From an uncultured Bacilli bacterium (lineage in GTDB: Bacteria; Bacillota_I; Bacilli_A; RF39; UBA660), in contig CALVQE010000003.1 of assembly GCA_944355355.1 (NCBI GenBank), positions 1 through 61,396 on the forward strand: 61,396 bases of DNA, read 5' to 3'. Positions 44,716-53,231 of this stretch are shown piece by piece. A program made the translations under genes and the position numbers. The first letter of the stretch is position 1, and each line of letters opens with the position of its first letter. Under the pieces are notes generated by a model. The model was not told the DNA's origin and did not search any database. It saw only the letters and a program-made list of their open reading frames with translations.

Positions 44716-45056
44716 TGAGTATTAAGTTAATTATTAGTCTAATTGTTTTTTCTCTATTTTGGTTTTTTCTGATTTTACATTTTGTGCGAAAGAAGAAAAT
44801 TTCGGTTCGTTATTCTTTGTTTTGGCTTTTTTCGGCATTTTTAATTTTGATGGTCGGATTATTTCCAGGGATTTTGAATGGTATTAATCGCTTATTTGGT
44901 TTTGAAGTGGTTTCTAATTTGGTTGTGGGTATGCTTATTACGATTTTAATGCTTATAACATTTATTTTGACGATTATTGTGACAAAGCAAAAGGAACAGA
45001 TAAGAGTGTTAGTTCAAGAGGTTTCTCTTTTAGAAAGTGAGCGTAAAAATGATTAA
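44715..45056 (+). CDS. DUF2304 small membrane protein (GacJ-like GT2 partner)
   Basis: 113 aa with 3-4 TM segments. Start overlaps the GT2 stop (ATAATG). The basic FVRKKKISVRYSLFW loop is DUF2304-like. Confidence 0.6.
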   Translation: MSIKLIISLIVFSLFWFFLILHFVRKKKISVRYSLFWLFSAFLILMVGLFPGILNGINRLFGFEVVSNLVVGMLITILMLITFILTIIVTKQKEQIRVLVQEVSLLESERKND

Positions 45057-45402
45057 GTATTTGATAATTGTTCTTTATATTTTCTTTACGACTGGCGGTA
45101 TTACTTTTATGAAACTTGGGGGAGACTCCTTGCATCTAGCTTTAAAAGACGGTTTAGCTTTTTCAGTAGGCTGGAAAACATTCATTGGCTTATGCTTTTA
45201 TGTTGTAAGTTTTTTGCTTTGGCAACGTTTGGTTGTTAAGTATGATGTGTCTTTTATTGTTCCAGTTGTTAATGGGATTGTTCAAGTAATAGTGCTTTTG
45301 ATCGGGCATTTTGTTTTTAAGGAATCGTTAAGCGTTATGTCTATTGTTGGAGCAATTTTTATTATTGTTGGTATTGTATTAATGGGGTTTGGAAGTCGTT
45401 AG
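45049..45402 (+). CDS. SMR/EamA-like 4-TM small transporter (ArnE/F-type lipid-linked-sugar flippase candidate)
   Basis: 117 aa with four hydrophobic helices, in a glycolipid decoration context. Confidence 0.5.
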   Translation: MIKYLIIVLYIFFTTGGITFMKLGGDSLHLALKDGLAFSVGWKTFIGLCFYVVSFLLWQRLVVKYDVSFIVPVVNGIVQVIVLLIGHFVFKESLSVMSIVGAIFIIVGIVLMGFGSR

Positions 45403-45470
45403 AAGACACTATTAAAAAAAGTAGTGAAAGTTTAAAAAAGTTCATACTAATTCATGAGTGGAGGATTGTT

Positions 45471-47240
45471 ATGATTAAGAAATTATTTGCACGTCAAAGT
45501 TTTCGATTTTTGTTTGTTGGTGGTTTAAATACTTTAGTAGGATATGGAGTTTATGCTATTTTACTTTTTTGGAATTTTAATTATTTAATAGCCAACAGTA
45601 TATCGACAGTTATTGGAGTACTTCATAGTTATTTATGGAATCGTTTCTTTACGTTTAAAAGCAAAGAGAAAGCTGGAAAAGAATTTATGAAATTTATTTC
45701 AGTTTATGTGATTAGTTATTTAATCGGAATGGTTTCTTTGTATTGTTTTACGGGTGTATTGCATTTAAGTCCATATATAGCCGGATTGATTAATTTAGTT
45801 ATCACTACTTTAATAAGCTATTTTGGACATAAATATTTTAGTTTTAATCGTACGCGAGACTCTAATTTTTTCACAAAAAAATATCAAGAAAATCCTAAGT
45901 TATTTCTATTATGGTGTCTTTTCTTTTTTATATTTGCTTTTGTTTTTTTGAATTTTCTTTTTGGGGATCTTTTGATTACGACAAATGCCTCGATTATATT
46001 TGATAAATTGTTTTTTAAAGGTGATTTAATAAATTTGTATGCAGCAAGTTATCATCCTTATGAGACGGGAATGTTTGCGGGAACAAATATTACTTATGAT
46101 TTTCCTATTTATATCTTTTTTGGTTTGTGGAATTTACCGTTATATATTTATTCATTATTTTCTCGAGTAAGCTGGGAATTGTCTTTTTTGAATATTTTGT
46201 ATGCAAAAACATTTTTGTTGGTGCTTGTCTTTTTCTGTTTACTTGTGATGAAAAAAATTCTAGCTTTATTTCATTTGGAAAAAGAATCTTCAATGTATAA
46301 TTTTTTGTTTTTGAGTTCTTGCTTGGTAATCATGGTTATAGGAATGTTCGGCGGGTATGAAATTCTTTCTATTCTTTTTACTTTATTAGGAATTTACTAT
46401 TATTTGAAAGATGATTTAAAAAAGTTTACTTTCTTTTTTGCTATAGCTATTTCTTTAAAACTGTTTGCACTGTTGATCTTTATTCCATTATTGCTTTTAA
46501 AGGAAAAGAAGATTTGGAAAATTATCTTGTATGGTCTTGGTGCGATTAGTTTGCTTGCTTTTGCAAAAATTATTTATCACAACGCTCCAATGTATATGGA
46601 GTCTATGACGACTTTTGAAGATAATATGTTTGCGAAGCTTTCTTTAAGTTATATTGTTAGCCCATTTGGAAATATTTCTATTTTTGTTTTACTTTATGCT
46701 TTAGTCTGTATTTGGTGTTATTCTAAAAAGATTTTAGATAAAAATTTGCAGAACTTATATACTTTATATATTCCGTTAGTTATCTTTGGCTTTTTTACAG
46801 TGTTCTGTCAAATTCATCCGCAATGGATTATTTTACTTGTACCTTATTTGATCTTTTTCTTGATTTATAACAAAGAAAATCGTAAATTAAATTTATTTTT
46901 GGAAATAGGTTTTTCGGTAACTAATTTACTTTTATTCTATCAAGTTTATACCTGGGTATTTTGTCCGAACTTGATGAATTCCATGCTTATTAACACTTTT
47001 ATTCCACCTAATAATAATATAACTGGGCTTCCTATATTAGAAAGGATAAATTTAGGACAATTCAACGCGATTATTGGAGGAATTATGGTTGCTTGTTTTC
47101 TTTATTTTCTGTATTTAAATAAACCAGAAAAATTACAGAATCAAACGAAAGGTGAAGAGTGGTCTTACTCGGTGTTGTTAACTAGATTATTGGTTATTGT
47201 TCCTTTTGTAGGTATTATTGTTTATTATTATTTTAGATAG
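45471..47240 (+). CDS. GtrA-like domain fused to a large polytopic (GT-C-like) membrane protein
   Basis: N-terminal FRFLFVGGLNTLVGYGVYA..WNRFFTF is GtrA-like. About 12 further TM segments follow. Confidence 0.6.
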   Translation: MIKKLFARQSFRFLFVGGLNTLVGYGVYAILLFWNFNYLIANSISTVIGVLHSYLWNRFFTFKSKEKAGKEFMKFISVYVISYLIGMVSLYCFTGVLHLSPYIAGLINLVITTLISYFGHKYFSFNRTRDSNFFTKKYQENPKLFLLWCLFFFIFAFVFLNFLFGDLLITTNASIIFDKLFFKGDLINLYAASYHPYETGMFAGTNITYDFPIYIFFGLWNLPLYIYSLFSRVSWELSFLNILYAKTFLLVLVFFCLLVMKKILALFHLEKESSMYNFLFLSSCLVIMVIGMFGGYEILSILFTLLGIYYYLKDDLKKFTFFFAIAISLKLFALLIFIPLLLLKEKKIWKIILYGLGAISLLAFAKIIYHNAPMYMESMTTFEDNMFAKLSLSYIVSPFGNISIFVLLYALVCIWCYSKKILDKNLQNLYTLYIPLVIFGFFTVFCQIHPQWIILLVPYLIFFLIYNKENRKLNLFLEIGFSVTNLLLFYQVYTWVFCPNLMNSMLINTFIPPNNNITGLPILERINLGQFNAIIGGIMVACFLYFLYLNKPEKLQNQTKGEEWSYSVLLTRLLVIVPFVGIIVYYYFR

Positions 47241-47249
47241 AGGAGTAGT

Positions 47250-48209
47250 ATGATGAAAAAAAGAATTAGTATTATGGTTCCAACTTATAATGAAGAAGAA
47301 AATGTGGAACTTATGTATCAGGCTTTAAAAGATATGTTTAAAAAGGATTTGCCTAATTATCAATATGAAATTTTGTTTATTGATAATAAGTCTAAGGATA
47401 ATACACGAAAGTTGATTCGTAATATTTGTGAAAAGGATAAAAATGTTAAGGCTATTTTTAATGCTCAAAATTTTGGACAATTTAATAGTCCATATTATGG
47501 TTTAATTAGTACGACTGGCGATTGTACGATTAGTGTTGCTGCTGATTTTCAAGATCCGGTGGAAATGATTCCGAAATTTGTTTATGAATGGGAAAATGGC
47601 TATAAAATTGTTATTGGAATTAAAAGTAAAAGTCAAGAAAACAAAGTTGTCTATTTACTACGAAGTCTTTATTATAAATTAATCAAGAAATTTTCGGAAG
47701 TAGATCAGATTGAACATTTTACTGGGTTTGGATTGTATGATAAAAGTTTTATTGAAGTGTTAAGGGAACTTGATGATCCGGAGCCTTATTTACGTGGTAT
47801 TGTGGCAGAACTTGGTTTTGAAAGAAAAGAAATTCCTTTTACACAGCCTAAACGAGAAAGAGGAAAGTCGAGTAATAATTGGTATCGTTTGTATGATGCG
47901 GCTATGCTGGGTATTACTTCTTATACGAAAATTGGTCTTCGAATCGCGACTATTTTAGGTTTTATTGTTTCTTTTCTTTCTATTGTTGTTGCTCTTGTTT
48001 ATTTTGTTTTAAAGTTATGTATGTGGAATTCTTTTCAGGCAGGAATTGCACCGTTAATTATTGGGGTGTTTTTCTTAGGAGGATTACAACTTTTCTTTAT
48101 CGGTTTTTTAGGTGAATATATTTTAAAAATCAACCAGCGTGTTATGCATAGACCTTTGGTTGTAGTTGAAGAAAGATTAAATATGAAATCGGAAGGAGAA
48201 AAGTTATAA
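47250..48209 (+). CDS. GtrB/ArnC-type GT2 polyprenyl-phosphate glycosyltransferase with two C-terminal TM helices
   Basis: ISIMVPTYNEEENV, FIDNKSKDNT, AADFQDP, C-terminal TM pair. Confidence 0.85.
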   Translation: MMKKRISIMVPTYNEEENVELMYQALKDMFKKDLPNYQYEILFIDNKSKDNTRKLIRNICEKDKNVKAIFNAQNFGQFNSPYYGLISTTGDCTISVAADFQDPVEMIPKFVYEWENGYKIVIGIKSKSQENKVVYLLRSLYYKLIKKFSEVDQIEHFTGFGLYDKSFIEVLRELDDPEPYLRGIVAELGFERKEIPFTQPKRERGKSSNNWYRLYDAAMLGITSYTKIGLRIATILGFIVSFLSIVVALVYFVLKLCMWNSFQAGIAPLIIGVFFLGGLQLFFIGFLGEYILKINQRVMHRPLVVVEERLNMKSEGEKL

Positions 48210-49147
48210 TGAAATATATAATTACCGGTGCGACTGGGTTTATTGGGCAAAAGATTATTGAATTACTTGTAGAAAAAGAGAATGAAGTTATTGCTATTTT
48301 TCGTCCTAATTCTTCTAAAACAATACGATGTTTAAATGCTCATTTAAAAGTTGTTACATTAGATTTAGCCAACATAGGTCAGTTGCCTGAAGCACTTAGG
48401 CAAGAACATATTGAACCTCATTTTGATCATTTTATTCATTTAGGATGGCAAGGAACAACTGGAGTAGAACGAAATGATATGGATTTACAGTTAAACAACG
48501 TCAAGACTTCTTTGCAATGTTTACAACTTGCTCGTCAATTTCATTGTCAATCTTTTTTCTTTTCGGGCTCGCAAGCTGAGTATGGTAATATTCTCAAACA
48601 TGGCTTTACGGAACAAAATGAACAAAATCCATGTTATCCTGAGAATGCTTATGGAAAGGCTAAACTTCTTTTTGGAGAACATTTAAGGCAGTTTGACGAT
48701 AACATGAAAAGTTATCATGGTCGGATCTTTTCTGTGTATGGTCCATATGATCAGCCAAATTCATTGATTGAAACGATGATTCGAAAGTTATCCGCTGGTG
48801 AAGAAATGATTTTAGGCCCTTGTGTGCATGATTGGAATTTTACTTATATTGATGATCTAGCTAACATGATTGTTCAGTTGCTTTGTTCTGAGGCTCCGTC
48901 TGGAATTTATAATTTAGCGGGAACGGATACGAGACCTTTAAAGGAATTTGTAGAAAGTATAAAGGATAAGAGAGATTGGCTAGGACATTGTCAAATTGGA
49001 GGTAGAGCGTATAATCCAAATTCGGATTTGCCTTTAAGGCCTAATGTAGATAAACTACGTTCTTATGTTGACGTGAATGAGACTTCTTTTGATGAGGGTA
49101 TTGAAAGAACAATTGAGAATGCTCAACAATTGATTTTAAAAAGGTGA
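48209..49147 (+). CDS. NAD-dependent epimerase/dehydratase (SDR) family protein
   Basis: IITGATGFIGQKI Rossmann motif and a YGKAK catalytic motif. Confidence 0.85.
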   Translation: MKYIITGATGFIGQKIIELLVEKENEVIAIFRPNSSKTIRCLNAHLKVVTLDLANIGQLPEALRQEHIEPHFDHFIHLGWQGTTGVERNDMDLQLNNVKTSLQCLQLARQFHCQSFFFSGSQAEYGNILKHGFTEQNEQNPCYPENAYGKAKLLFGEHLRQFDDNMKSYHGRIFSVYGPYDQPNSLIETMIRKLSAGEEMILGPCVHDWNFTYIDDLANMIVQLLCSEAPSGIYNLAGTDTRPLKEFVESIKDKRDWLGHCQIGGRAYNPNSDLPLRPNVDKLRSYVDVNETSFDEGIERTIENAQQLILKR

Positions 49148-49210
49148 TGATTGCTATTATTTTGGAAGAATATTTGATAAAATACGTTTGATAAGTTAGG
49201 AGTTAGAATC

Positions 49211-50149
49211 ATGAAAAAAATTGGTATTATTGTTCCGTGTCATAATGAAGAGGAATCTTTAAAATATTTTTATCCGGCGATTTGTGATGTGATGGATAAA
49301 ATGGATAATGAATTTGAACTTATGTTTATTAATGATGGTAGCACGGATCATACTTTAGATGTGATAAAAGAATATGCAAGAAAGGATAAAAGAGTAAGGT
49401 ATATTTCTTTTTCCAGAAATTTTGGGAAAGAGGCCGCTATTTTAGCTGGGTTACAACATGTTAACGGAGATTATGTGACAATGATGGATGCTGATTTACA
49501 AGATCCACCTGAGAAACTCATTGAGATGTACGATGTACTTATAAAAGAAAATTTGGATATTGTTGGTCTTAAAACAAATGATCATAAAAATTATGGGATT
49601 TTTCGGAAGTTTTTTACAGCTTGTTATTATAAGATTTTAGGCTCTTTTACGACTGTGCCTATGGCTCCGAATGAACGAGATTATCGTTTAATGACAAGAC
49701 AAGTGGTTGATGCTGTTTTATCTTTAACGGAATATAATCGTTATTCTAAGGGACTTTTCAATTTTGTGGGCTTTGATACAAAGTGGATTACTTATGATGC
49801 CCCTGATCGTGTGGCCGGGAAAACAAAGTGGAGTTTTTGGAAGTTATTTGCTTATGGAATTGATGGTATTGTAGGCTTTTCAACTAGACCTTTAGTACTT
49901 TCGGCTATTATCGGTGTGCTCTTTTGTTTTATTGCCTTTATTATGATTTTAGTTATTGTAATTAAAACGCTAGTTTGGGGAGATCCTGTTGGGGGATGGC
50001 CTAGTCTTGCTTGTATTATTATTTTTGTAAGTGGTGTTCAATTATTCTTTTTGGGTATTATTGGAGAGTATTTGGCTAAAACTTATTTAGAAACTAAAAA
50101 AAGACCTGTGTATATCATTAAGGAAACTGAAGAAGATTTGGAAAAATAA
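49211..50149 (+). CDS. GtrB/CsbB-type GT2 polyprenyl-phosphate glycosyltransferase (second copy)
   Basis: IGIIVPCHNEEESL, FINDGSTDHT, DADLQDPP, C-terminal TM pair. Confidence 0.85.
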   Translation: MKKIGIIVPCHNEEESLKYFYPAICDVMDKMDNEFELMFINDGSTDHTLDVIKEYARKDKRVRYISFSRNFGKEAAILAGLQHVNGDYVTMMDADLQDPPEKLIEMYDVLIKENLDIVGLKTNDHKNYGIFRKFFTACYYKILGSFTTVPMAPNERDYRLMTRQVVDAVLSLTEYNRYSKGLFNFVGFDTKWITYDAPDRVAGKTKWSFWKLFAYGIDGIVGFSTRPLVLSAIIGVLFCFIAFIMILVIVIKTLVWGDPVGGWPSLACIIIFVSGVQLFFLGIIGEYLAKTYLETKKRPVYIIKETEEDLEK

Positions 50150-50222
50150 ATATATGAATGCATTTTTTGTGTTTTATTTGATTTTCATTTGAACGGTTAT
50201 AATTAGGGAAGGAGTTTTATTG

Positions 50223-50741
50223 ATGAAAATAATTACTGATAATGCTGTATATGTTCAAAAAAATGATATTGCTTATTTAAATTCAGCTGATTTTGCAATA
50301 CCAATTTCTGTATTTATGAAAGTTTTTGGTAAGGGTATTACTATCATTGATGATAGTAATAGATATGATTTTGTTAAATTTGAGGATGAATCTGATAGAG
50401 AATTCTTTAAAGGACTAGATTGGATAATTGATTATAATGAAGTAAAAAACTTAAGTGAGGAACAAATCGTTGGGTTGTTAAATAATATTGGAGATGCACA
50501 ACAGAAGGTTGTTATCACATTTAATTCGATGTCTGAAGAGGAAAGAAGAGCACATTCTGATATGGTTACTCAATGTGAATTATTAGAGTTTAAGTTCTAT
50601 TCTTTAAGAGATATTTTATGGTTTAAACAAGGACATATTTCGATGAAATTACCCGAAGGTATTGATTATCCTGATGGATATTCTCAAGAAAAGGATATTT
50701 TAAAATTAATCAAAACATTGTTTAATAAAAAGAAAAAATAG
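50223..50741 (+). CDS. Hypothetical protein
   Basis: 172-aa ORF with no recognised motif. Confidence 0.5.
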   Translation: MKIITDNAVYVQKNDIAYLNSADFAIPISVFMKVFGKGITIIDDSNRYDFVKFEDESDREFFKGLDWIIDYNEVKNLSEEQIVGLLNNIGDAQQKVVITFNSMSEEERRAHSDMVTQCELLEFKFYSLRDILWFKQGHISMKLPEGIDYPDGYSQEKDILKLIKTLFNKKKK

Positions 50742-50789
50742 ATTTTCACTTCTAAGCAAAATTTTTGACTAAAAAATTGCAATTTTTTG

Positions 50790-50818
50790 TTGACAAACTG
50801 AGACCTTTCGGTTAGTAT
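50790..50818 (+). promoter_or_regulatory. Sigma-A-type promoter TTGACA-17-TAGTAT
   Basis: -35 at 50790-50795, -10 at 50813-50818, exact 17-nt spacer. Confidence 0.5.
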
Positions 50819-50824
50819 ATTAAC

Positions 50825-50921
50825 TACCAATTCACTTTTGAAGGCGAATTGGTGCTAGTATCACACTAGTCAACCCCTTTTTATTCTTTTATGAGAAACC
50901 TTCGGGTTTCTCAAGTATTTT
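50825..50921 (+). ncRNA. Candidate structured sRNA or recG leader of about 100 nt
   Basis: Hairpins CCAATTC/GAATTGG (50827-50852) and CTAGT/ACTAG (50855-50869). C-rich stretch CAACCCC (50871-50877). Terminator GAGAAACC-ttcg-GGTTTCTC (50893-50912) followed by a T-run. Confidence 0.35.
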
Positions 50922-50995
50922 TTATAAAAAAGTTCCCTTTGTTGAGGACTTTTTTTTCTGATTATTTTAGTCTAAAATAAAGTATAGGTGATTAT

Positions 50996-52981
50996 ATGGA
51001 TTTGAATCATATTAAAGGTATTGGTGAGAAAACTACTTCTTGTTTACATAATGTTGATATTTATAGTGTAGAAGATCTTTTGCATTTTTATCCTTATCGT
51101 TATCAAATTTTAAGCCCAAGTTTGCTTGAAGGAACTTCTTTGGAAGAGGTTGTAACTATTAATGCAACTGTAAGTGAGACACCTCAAGTATCTTATATTA
51201 AGCGAAATTTAAATGCATTGCGTTTTGTTTGTGAATCAAATGGTAAAAGGATTCGAGTAACTATTTTTAATCGGGCATTTTTAAAAAGAAATCTGGTTGT
51301 AGGTAAAGAGATTTCTTTGACTGGAAAATATAATTCTAAAAGTAATACTTTTACGGCTAATGATATTAAATTGTCTTGGTTAGATGAGACTAAGATAGTA
51401 CCTGTATATCATTCTATTAAGGAAATTCGGCCAGTCACTTTAGAAAAGCTTATTGAGGAGGCTTTACAGAATAATTTACAGCTTAATGATACTTTACCTG
51501 TAGATCTTTGTGAAAAATATCGTTTGGTTTCAATAAATGATGCTCTTTTTAAAATTCATAATCCTCAAAGTAAGGAAGATATTAAACAGGCACGTAGACG
51601 TATTATTTATGAAGAGTTGTTTGAATTTATGTTTAAGATACAGTATTTAAAGCAATTGAAACATGCAGCTGTTGGTCAGGCCAAGAAATTTGATTAAAAA
51701 AAATTAGACTGTTTTATAGATGCTTTACCGTTTTCTTTGACTAAAGATCAACGTAAAGCTGTGGATGATGGGCTTTTGGATTTAATGAGTCCACGTTGTA
51801 TGAATCGTTTGTTATTAGGTGATGTTGGTTCAGGAAAAACTATTGTCGCGACGATTTTGTTATATGCAAATGCACTTGCTGGTTATCAAACGGCTTTTCT
51901 TGCTCCAACTGAGATTTTGGCTGAGCAACATTTTAGAAGTATTCGTCATTTACTTTCCGATAGTAATTTAGAGATTGATTTGATGGTGGGAAGCTTGTCT
52001 AAGAAAGAAAAACGAAATATTTTAGAGCGTTGTCAAAATGGTCAGATTGATGTTTTGATTGGAACGCATGCACTTTTAAATGAGAATTTATTTTTTGATC
52101 GTCTGGGGTTTATTATTACGGACGAACAGCATCGGTTTGGAGTAAATCAACGAGATAAATTGAAAAGCAAGGCGATTGCGCCTGATATGCTTTTCATGAG
52201 TGCAACACCTATTCCAAGAACTTATGCTTTGACGATTTATGGGGATATGGATACGTCTCTTATTAAAGAAAAACCTAGTGGACGTAAGGATATTATTACG
52301 AAGGTTGTAAAAGAGAAGGATTTAAGGGAAGTTCTTCTGAAGGTGTTGGAAGAAATTAAATTGGGACATCAAGTGTATGTTGTGGCGCCGATGATTGAAG
52401 AGAGTGAAGAAAGCACTTTGAAAAATGTGGAGTTACTTAGAGAAAAGTTTGATTTGGCTTATCATGGTAAAATTCCGATGGGGGTTTTACATGGGAAAAT
52501 GAAAAAAGATTTAAAAGAAGAAGTTATGAATGACTTTAAAATAGGAAAATCAAAGATTTTAATATCGACTACGGTTGTTGAAGTTGGTGTGGATGTTTCT
52601 TTGGCGACGGTAATGATTATTTTTAATGCGGACCGATTTGGACTAGCTACTTTACATCAGTTACGTGGTCGTGTTGGAAGAAGTGATTTACAGTCTTATT
52701 GTTATTTGATTTGTAATGAGGATAAGGAAAGACTCCATGTATTAGAGGAAAGTAATGATGGTTTTTATATTAGTGAAAAAGATTTTGAGTTTCGAGGAGA
52801 GGGAGATTTGTTTGGTGTTAAACAAAGCGGTGATATGAGTTTTTCGTTGGCTGATATAAGAAGAGATTATGATATTTTAATGGTTGCTAAGGAAGATGCA
52901 ACAGAGTATGTGGCAAAGAAACTGTATAGTAATAGTCAACACTTTAAAGAAATTATAGAAAAAATAGATTTTACTAATTGA
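50996..52981 (+). pseudogene. recG: ATP-dependent DNA helicase RecG, interrupted by an in-frame TAA at 51695-51697
   Basis: The 233-aa wedge-domain ORF and the helicase-core ORF (LPFSLTKDQRKAV, GDVGSGKT, TDEQHRFG, LHQLRGRVGR) are in the same frame (51737-50996 = 741 = 3 x 247). A single TAA separates them. Confidence 0.85.
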
Positions 52982-53012
52982 CGAATTTTTAAATTCATAC
53001 TATACTTTATGT

Positions 53013-53107
53013 AGTGTAGCTATAAACGCTACACTGGTATGCATTCACGATCACTTCTGAGTGCGTATCGACAAACCCCCTGTGAGAGTCTTAGGACTCT
53101 CTTTTTT
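53013..53107 (+). ncRNA. Candidate sRNA of about 95 nt, or a structured recG 3' UTR with terminator
   Basis: Promoter-like TTGACG (52978-52983)-17-TATACT (53001-53006). 8-bp hairpin AGTGTAGC/GCTACACT (53013-53035). C-rich CAAACCCCC (53072-53080). Terminator GAGAGTC-ttag-GACTCTC + T6 (53084-53107). Confidence 0.35.
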
Positions 53108-53116
53108 GTAAAATTT

Positions 53117-53179
53117 ACAAATAACCGAATAAAAATGCTACAAATAACCGAATGAAAATGCTACAAATAACCGAATTTT
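53117..53179. repeat. 23-bp direct repeat ACAAATAACCGAAT(A/G)AAAATGCT, 2.7 copies
   Basis: Units at 53117-53139, 53140-53162 and a partial unit at 53163-53179. Ends 52 nt upstream of the DUF4143 ATPase start. Confidence 0.9.
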
Positions 53180-53231
53180 GTTGTCTAATTTCTTCTTCTT
53201 TGCTATAATTTTAGTTGAGGGAGACTTATTT

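Noticed and set aside
27307-50149. Treating the whole polysaccharide locus as the novel system
   Set aside because: Nearly every gene maps onto known Rgp/Gac/Gtr/Arn-type functions. The locus is interesting for its fusions and modularity but is not an undescribed kind of system.
51691-51704. Frameshift at the A8 homopolymer as the cause of the split recG
   Set aside because: Coordinate arithmetic shows both halves are in the same frame (offset 741 = 3 x 247). The interruption is a single in-frame TAA, so no indel is required.
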